DNA of 64,000 nt, from positions 60,760,001 to 60,824,000 of the forward strand of contig OX597822.1 of the NCBI GenBank assembly GCA_951406725.2. Reading direction: 5' to 3'. A program made the translations under genes and the position numbers. This document shows positions 59,201-64,000 of the stretch, one piece after another (the stretch's first letter is position 1; every line of letters starts with the position of its first letter). This DNA comes from Octopus vulgaris (taxonomy: Eukaryota). The notes under the pieces were generated by a model. It worked only from the letters and a program-made list of their open reading frames with translations. It was not told the DNA's origin and searched no databases.

Positions 59201-60421
59201 ATTCCCTTTGTGTTTCCATTAGAAATTATATTTTTATCTTCTACCATGTTAGTATATAGTTAAGAAACTGACACTAGTATTAATACTTTCACTATAAGTC
59301 AACAAGGGAGCTTCTGTATGGACCATTAACGACATTGGTCTCACAGTCTGTGAAAGCTTCCAAAGGTTATGGGCACCGTTCTTCCTTCAACCCTAGTAAA
59401 TTAAAAAATATGATGTTTTACTTATATTATACAGTGTAAAACAGAAAAGTGAATAATGTTATGTATTGTGTATATAGATTTCCTCGGAAACAGGAATAAA
59501 GCAGTTCATCTGTGATTTTATGGCATTATTGTGCTTCAGAGATTTCTATCCACCTGGATAGGATGGCAGCCTATTTTAGGTAACACTCCTAGTTGATATC
59601 TTACCTATTTCTTCTATCAGCCAAATACTCTGAAGGAATGTTCTGCACATGAAACATCAACTTGGATTTGAACTCCTCATCTATGAGCAGGAATAGATAA
59701 GCCAATAGTCCATTCACTCAGCCATCTCACCTCTGTAATAGCGATGTACTGAGATTAACTAGATTTACTGGGAGTAATTGAATTTAAACACAAGGCTTTG
59801 TATCAATAGAAGAATTTTTTACTTATTTTGTCTGTGATTTATTACTGAGAATGTTTGACAATTTATTGACTGTGTTTATTGGTTAGGATACTGATATTAC
59901 TTAACCACTTATTATATCATACTGGTCAGAATACTAAGATCATTTGAGCATCTATTTATTGAATATGGTATCTTTTAACTATTATGTTTTTGCCAAGATG
60001 GAGGGGCAGTGCTCCCATAAACTCTGAAACTGGACAAATTGATACAGCTGATATCAGTTTAAATACCTGTAGGAAATTTTATGTGGCTATTGTGAACAAT
60101 GTATGAAATTAATTGATTATAATCAATTAATTTCATACCTTGTTCACCATACCTACAATAACCTCTCACAGTTAACTAATTAATTATTTCTTTTATTACT
60201 GTTTCATCATTTAATTTCTCTCACATATTGCAGAGGAAGCTAAGAAATACTTGAGAAAGATTATCATAAACGTGTTACAAGAAAAAATCAGGGAAATAAA
60301 ATTGTCAGTTAAAGAAAAGCTGAAACAATCTGAAGAGATGGTGAATAATAAACTGGGGAGTGCTGGCTATCGTGACGATAGGAAAAAGTCATTAAAAATG
60401 AATAAACACCACAGGAAATAA
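30976..60421 (+). CDS. CFAP119: CFAP119/CCDC189-like gene, paralog B, complete (join 30976-31017,34176-34207,36303-36368,39149-39315,42341-42411,48178-48294,50104-50161,58594-58683,60234-60421; 831 nt, 276 aa)
   Basis: Nine GT-AG exons sum to 831 nt with no stop: [55 protein letters not shown]...[38 protein letters not shown]...[28 protein letters not shown]...[11 protein letters not shown]...HHRK*. Intron positions and phases are the same as in paralog A. Confidence 0.9.
31680..32149. repeat. Unclassified interspersed repeat between (ATT)n tracts
   Basis: 31945-32135 recurs inverted at about 47770-47940. Confidence 0.55.
33027..33226 (+). mobile_element. Mariner-derived MITE
   Basis: TIRs gaggggttgctgaaaagtttctggc / gcccggaacttttcagcccc. 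Confidence 0.55.
34176..34207 (+). CDS. CFAP119: CFAP119 paralog B exon 2
   Basis: tttctttttctctag|CCTCCAAAA...CTTTG|gtaagt, 32 bp, [10 protein letters not shown](W); supplies the TG of the split Trp codon. Confidence 0.82.
34831..35201 (-). mobile_element. SINE family 1 (head truncated)
   Basis: Reverse copy. Confidence 0.85.
36303..36368 (+). CDS. CFAP119: CFAP119 paralog B exon 3
   Basis: cag|GAAACAC...GAAAGT|gtaagt, 66 bp. Confidence 0.88.
36380..36812 (-). mobile_element. SINE family 1
   Basis: Reverse copy about 12 bp from the exon 3 donor; absent in paralog A. Confidence 0.88.
39149..39315 (+). CDS. CFAP119: CFAP119 paralog B exon 4
   Basis: ttttag|TATCCTTGCT...TGTACAG|gtaagt, 167 bp (one codon shorter than in A). 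Confidence 0.92.
40162..41680 (+). mobile_element. Older Penelope-like remnant with diverged inverted arms
   Basis: 40162-40355 is an imperfect inverted copy of 41027-41223; degenerate hammerhead TCTTCTGACAGGATATAAATCTCCAGAAACTGTCAGA near 41606-41645. Confidence 0.5.
42341..42411 (+). CDS. CFAP119: CFAP119 paralog B exon 5
   Basis: ttttcag|AAACCTCT...GTCTAT|gtaagt, 71 bp. Confidence 0.92.
42590..43393 (-). mobile_element. Tc1/mariner element, maT (DD37D)-like, internally deleted
   Basis: [39 protein letters not shown]; imperfect TIR cagggcggtcaagtgaaattt; TA at the left end. Confidence 0.7.
43536..45037 (-). mobile_element. Tc1-like (DD34E) transposon, degenerate
   Basis: About 40-bp TIRs (gacatgcaggaa...gacacctttaattttcaaaat); [33 protein letters not shown]. 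Confidence 0.9.
44755..44975. mobile_element. piggyBac-type MITE nested in the Tc1 element
   Basis: TTAA|CCCTTTAGTGTT...AACACTAAAGGG|TTAA. Confidence 0.85.
45084..45362 (+). mobile_element. Miniature fold-back copy of the 16.9-19.6 kb PLE family
   Basis: Arms 45084-45172 and 45209-45297; 65-bp tail homologous to 16868-16931; TA flanks. Confidence 0.85.
45191..45264 (+). ncRNA. Type I hammerhead (CUGAAGA core)
   Basis: TAGCC.GATAA-CTGAAGA-GATG..GTGGATTTCCAC..CATCC-GAAA-CTCGGAAT-T-TTATC..GGCTA. Confidence 0.7.
45577..46461 (-). mobile_element. Mariner derivative with two inverted 5' ends
   Basis: About 210-bp inverted ends (45577-45785, 46250-46461); internal [24 protein letters not shown]. 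Confidence 0.8.
46556..46590 (+). ncRNA. Minimal hammerhead remnant in a pLTR fragment (46473-46688, TA-flanked)
   Basis: GTTT-CTGACAA-A-GAGC-TCT-GCTT-GAAA-CGT-A-AAAC; two CpG-type transitions away from the canonical CTGACGA...GCTCGAAA. Confidence 0.6.
46844..47195 (-). mobile_element. tRNA-headed Meta-like SINE with 9-bp target-site duplication
   Basis: TSD CAGTGATTA at 46835-46843 and 47196-47204; central domain shared with 3512-3828. Confidence 0.75.
48178..48294 (+). CDS. CFAP119: CFAP119 paralog B exon 6
   Basis: tttttag|TGTCCCCCG...CCACAT|gtaagt, 117 bp. Confidence 0.93.
49100..49760 (-). pseudogene. Degenerate gag/ORF1-like fragment with zinc-knuckle remnant
   Basis: Frameshifted ORFs; [14 protein letters not shown] resembles CX2CX4HX4C and is followed by a K/E-rich stretch. 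Confidence 0.45.
50104..50161 (+). CDS. CFAP119: CFAP119 paralog B exon 7
   Basis: ccag|GTGCAACTT...GACCTAG|gtaagt, 58 bp. Confidence 0.9.
50594..50975 (-). mobile_element. SINE family 1
   Basis: Reverse copy. Confidence 0.85.
51458..51852 (+). mobile_element. SINE family 1
   Basis: Full-length copy. Confidence 0.88.
53581..56156 (-). mobile_element. Penelope-like retroelement, 5'-truncated, with inverted pLTR
   Basis: ORF 54320-55555 plus upstream QDEGAAIG (motif B), RYVDD, LPVLD, and [30 protein letters not shown]. Arms 53636-54127 and 55666-56156; about 55-bp tail; long TA tracts on both sides. Confidence 0.95.
55990..56034 (+). ncRNA. Minimal type I hammerhead variant in the pLTR (mirror 53758-53802 on minus strand)
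   Basis: GACCA-CTGATGC-G-GTCAC-AGGAGT-GTGAC-GAAA-GAACT-T-TGGCC; A9 is replaced by C in both arms. Confidence 0.6.
56210..57481 (+). mobile_element. Mariner (DD34D) transposon, full length but degenerate
   Basis: TIRs TTGGGTCATCC(C)ATAAATAATGC; [43 protein letters not shown], with stops and frameshifts. Confidence 0.93.
57860..58317. mobile_element. Unclassified MITE
   Basis: 28-bp TIRs gaatactgctttacacacagcatataac / gttatatgctttgtgtaaagcagaattc. Confidence 0.65.
58594..58683 (+). CDS. CFAP119: CFAP119 paralog B exon 8
   Basis: tttttcaaag|TTGATCCT...GAAAAAG|gtttgt, 90 bp, [30 protein letters not shown]. Confidence 0.8.
60234..60421 (+). CDS. CFAP119: CFAP119 paralog B exon 9 (terminal)
   Basis: tgcag|AGGAAGCT...AGGAAATAA; coiled-coil-like [41 protein letters not shown]. 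Confidence 0.9.
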
Positions 60422-60665
60422 TGAGACCAAACATAGAAATATACTCATACAACAAGACAACATTTATTTTTTACTGCCATTAATTATATAAAATGATAAG
60501 AGAAATAGTGAGAACAAACAATGGAAATTCAGTTTCCTAGAAATTTAGCTTCTGTTCCATGGTATTTGCCAACATCAATGAATGATGTGAACTTAGTTTA
60601 TCAACCCTAGAAAGATGAAATACAAAATTGACTCTGATGGAAGTTAGAATATATAATGTAAGAGA

Positions 60666-60671
60666 AATAAA
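60666..60671 (+). terminator. Putative polyadenylation signal, paralog B
   Basis: AATAAA cluster about 245 bp after the stop; homologous position to paralog A. Confidence 0.5.
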
Positions 60672-60909
60672 TAAAATAAATTTACATTTTTTATGTTTAG
60701 TTTCATGATGAATATATCAATAATAAAATGATTTATTACACTGATACTAACTTCATGTTAAATATCATTACTGGGAATTTATGAATTCATGTTTTCCCAA
60801 AGTCATCAACTTTTGAATCTTTGGTTAAATCAGTTTCCATTATTTATGCAAACCATGTATTGAACTTAACTTCCTTAGATTTTACATATTTCTAATACCA
60901 TTATATATC

Positions 60910-60944
<35 letters not shown>

Positions 60945-61237
60945 ACTCTCTCTCACTCTCACTCTCTCTCTCTCACTCTCTCCCAGAAAAAAATTAACTG
61001 TTGTTAGAACTGGAAAAGGGTGGACTCCACCAGTTTTAGAATACTATGAGATACTATATGTCATGCTGAGTACTATCTTAAAGTGGGTGCTAAAGGCACT
61101 GCAGCGCCAGGACTCAGAAGGCATAAAGGCCCCTTAATATGATCTAATTACATATTGATGGAAGTGGGGCTCAGTTCTTCAGTACAGTGCATAAACTTGA
61201 AAGCATGTGTATGAAGTTCTATATAGATATTTACATA

Positions 61238-61627
61238 GGTGCAGGAGTGGCTGTGTAGTAAGTAGCTTGCTTACCAACCACATGGTTCCGGGTTCATTCC
61301 CACTGCATGGCACTGTGAGCAAGTGTCTTCTACTATAGCCTCAGGCCGACCAAAGCCTTGTAAGTGGATTTGGTAGACGGAAACTGAAAGAAGCCCGTCG
61401 TATATATGTATGTGTGTATATATTTGTGTGTCTGTGCTTGCCCCCCAACATCGCTTGACAACCGATGCTGTGTGTTTATGTCCCCGTGACTTAGCGGTTT
61501 GGCAAATGAGACTGATAAGATAAGTACTAGGCTTCCAAAGAATAAGTCCTGGGGTTGATTTGCTCGGTTAATGGCGGTGCTCAAACATGGCAACAGTCAA
61601 ATGACTGAAACAAGTAAAAGAGTAAAG
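61238..61627 (+). mobile_element. SINE family 1
   Basis: Full-length copy. Confidence 0.88.
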
Positions 61628-61637
61628 GCAAAAAGTA

Positions 61638-62149
61638 CTGTAAATCCTCAAGTATAATCCACATTTTTTTCCCAAAATTTAAAGGTCAAAATCCCTAGTG
61701 CGTACCATATATGAGGTTAAAAATGAAAATTATTTTCTAAGCAATGTCTGAGTCTCTACTTGCTGTCTCGCTATGTGTATTCAGATGCATTTTGTGATGT
61801 GGGGCGCAAAAATACCTTAAGCTAAGCCTGAAAGAAATGAAGTCATAAAATGATCATCCATAACTTGCAGTAAGCAACATTTATTAAACGTTATTACTGT
61901 TATTTCTTTATTTTCTGCAAACAAAATGCACAAAAAAGCTACACGTTTGCATTATGTTATATATACAGTAATAATAAAGAACATTAGCGTATACGTTTTT
62001 ACAAACCAAGGACATTATATAGACCTCCTTGACTCAAGTTAGAGAAGAGGTGTGTATTATACACAAGGTTTAGGTTTTTCAGAGGTACAGCCCCTTAAAA
62101 ATCCTCTGCGTATTATACTCAAGGGCAGACTATACTCGAGGATTTACAG
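61638..62149. mobile_element. Tc2/pogo-type MITE
   Basis: TA|CTGTAAATCCTCAAGTATA...TATACTCGAGGATTTACAG|TA with subterminal gcgtattatac repeats. Confidence 0.7.
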
Positions 62150-62523
62150 TAATTATTATTATAATTTCTGTGAACTCTGTAACATAACTTCTGGTTTAAT
62201 TCACAACTCCCCCACTCTCTTATCTTCCCTTTCTCTCTCTCTCTCTCTCTCACTCTGTTTTCTCTCTTTTTGTCTCTCTCTCTCTCACTTTGTATAAATG
62301 TATATATGAATTTACACAGACACATACATATATTTCTCAACACTATCACTAAAGACAGATTTTTTTTCATGGTACTCTTTCTTAACATGTCCATGTTCCA
62401 GAAGAATACTTTTCACTTGTACTCCTTGATGTTTCAGTATAAACATCACCACTGCCACTACAACTATTTACCATTATCATCTTCTAGAAGATAGTTTTTT
62501 AAAATAAAGAAATTGGTTATTTT

Positions 62524-62911
62524 ATCTATATATAAAAGACAGGATGCCGGTGTGTGTAATATGTATGCATTTCTACAGTTTTCAACTGATTTTCCCCAAA
62601 CTGTACACACATATTACTTATGTGACAAGGATGATCATGTACTATAATTTTTTGCCCAGAAAGCAAGAAATCAAGTAAAAAGGTGTTTTACATGGGTTTT
62701 TCTCTAAAAACAACCGTTTTCAACTGATTCTCTCCCTTTTCTCATTCTCTATTTCTCTTGCTTATATTCTCTCTCACCCTCTGTAATAGTGCCTCTCTTT
62801 TAGTCTGTCTTCTTTCCTTCTTTCTTCTTCCCTCTTTCTTTCTTTCGTTGTTTCCTTCTTTCATCCTTTCTTTCTTTCTCCCTCCAGCACTACTTATTTA
62901 TCTTTCACTCA

Positions 62912-62977
<66 letters not shown>

Positions 62978-63339
62978 ATTTCTCTCAACAACTTTTTCTC
63001 CTCCCTCTCTATGCAAAGTGAAAGCCTTTTTAAAAGTCTGTGTTGCCTTCCCTTTATGTTGTAAGACACATAAACACACATGCAAACAACCAAAAAATAA
63101 CTATGTGAATATACAGTCGCTTTTGTCTTTTTTGAAGTATGTGTTGTTGTGTTGTATTGTGTTGTGTTGTGTTGTGTTGACAGATTTGCACTTTTAATAC
63201 TTCACATGTTTTTAATCTCCACTTGTTAGTTGCTATGGTGACAACCCTACCTAAGTATCTGTCTTTCACTCCCTCTCTCTAATAGATGTTGTGATGGGCA
63301 GACAAACAGGAGATCGGCTTTTCTGTTATAATATAAGAT
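62524..63339. repeat. Possible Helentron/HINE-like non-autonomous fragments
   Basis: ATCTATATATAAAA start at 62524 and a reverse ATCTTATATTATAA start at 63339, with internal microsatellites. Confidence 0.3.
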
Positions 63340-63710
63340 TTGAAAAGTTTTCTACTTCTTTAAACCACAGTCTTTGATCAGATTCTCAAAATCAATCTTA
63401 TGTAACTCATCTGTTTCTATACTTAGTAGAGTTAAAGCATTCAGCCTACTTTGTTGCATAATTGCTCTGATGGGATTCATAATGTACTTCAGTGGAGAAA
63501 ATGAATGCTCAGCTGAGTAATTTGTGACCATTAATGTTAATTTACGAATGGCAACGTCTACATTTGGAAAGTCTCACTCAATATTTATTTTAGCAAGTTC
63601 AAAATGATTTATTTTGTCCCATAAACCATTTACCATTTCTGTGGTGCTTCTCCTTCCCTTGGTGTCCAAGAGACATGCTTATTTTGCTTAATGGTTAATC
63701 CAGTGTTGAC

Positions 63711-64000
63711 CACATCATACCAACAACACTCTGCCTTGACATAGTGATCTCAAATTTCTCTCAGCAGATAATCATGTAGAAACTGACTGTACTCTGGGAA
63801 GAACATGTCAAGAAGGCTTTTTACCATTGGCTGGTAAAACAATGCAGAAACCAGAGCAGATAGACACTTTACAAGGCAACTGAGGTGGATTGCTGATGTT
63901 CTGTGCAGCATTCACTCTGTGAAACTCTGACTGGGCTTGGAGTTACTGGTGCAGCAAAGAGGAAGACCATAAATTCTATTACTGAAGTTGCAGACAAAGC
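63711..64000 (+). mobile_element. HERO-like (R2 group) non-LTR retrotransposon RLE endonuclease remnant, running off the window
   Basis: HIIPTTLCLDIVIS..QIIM*KLTVLWEEHV...LVKQCR...EVDC*C...SLCETLTGLGVTGAAKRKTINSITEVADK corresponds to the TTLRPD..ELTVPWEE..EVGCRG RLE motif; in-frame stops. Confidence 0.75.

Overview
AT-rich, repeat-dense eukaryotic DNA. The SINE/LINE repertoire and the (TA)n/(CA)n load look like an octopus (coleoid cephalopod) genome, recognised from memory. The host content, almost entirely missed by the ORF track, is two tandem + strand paralogs of the motile-cilium/sperm central-pair gene CFAP119 (CCDC189, CLAMP domain), reconstructed by hand from GT-AG exons. Copy A has 7 exons in the window (1453-21442; its first two exons presumably lie upstream). 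Copy B is complete (9 exons, 30976-60421, 276 aa) with an RFX X-box-like promoter. Both frames are open, with strongly nonsynonymous divergence in some exons. Introns hold tRNA-derived SINEs, RTE/CR1/HERO LINE fragments, mariner/Tc1/maT/piggyBac-type elements and many Penelope-like (PLE) insertions in (TA)n tracts. The most unusual signal is this PLE/hammerhead system. At least five insertions share a fold-back layout (inverted arm + unpaired 55-87 nt tail between TA tracts), including a 2.6 kb palindrome. About ten type I hammerhead ribozyme motifs are present, two young ones carrying a non-canonical CCGANGA core, and there is a 400-nt-period retrozyme-like element at 10491-11015. All calls are by eye; no searches or folding were run.
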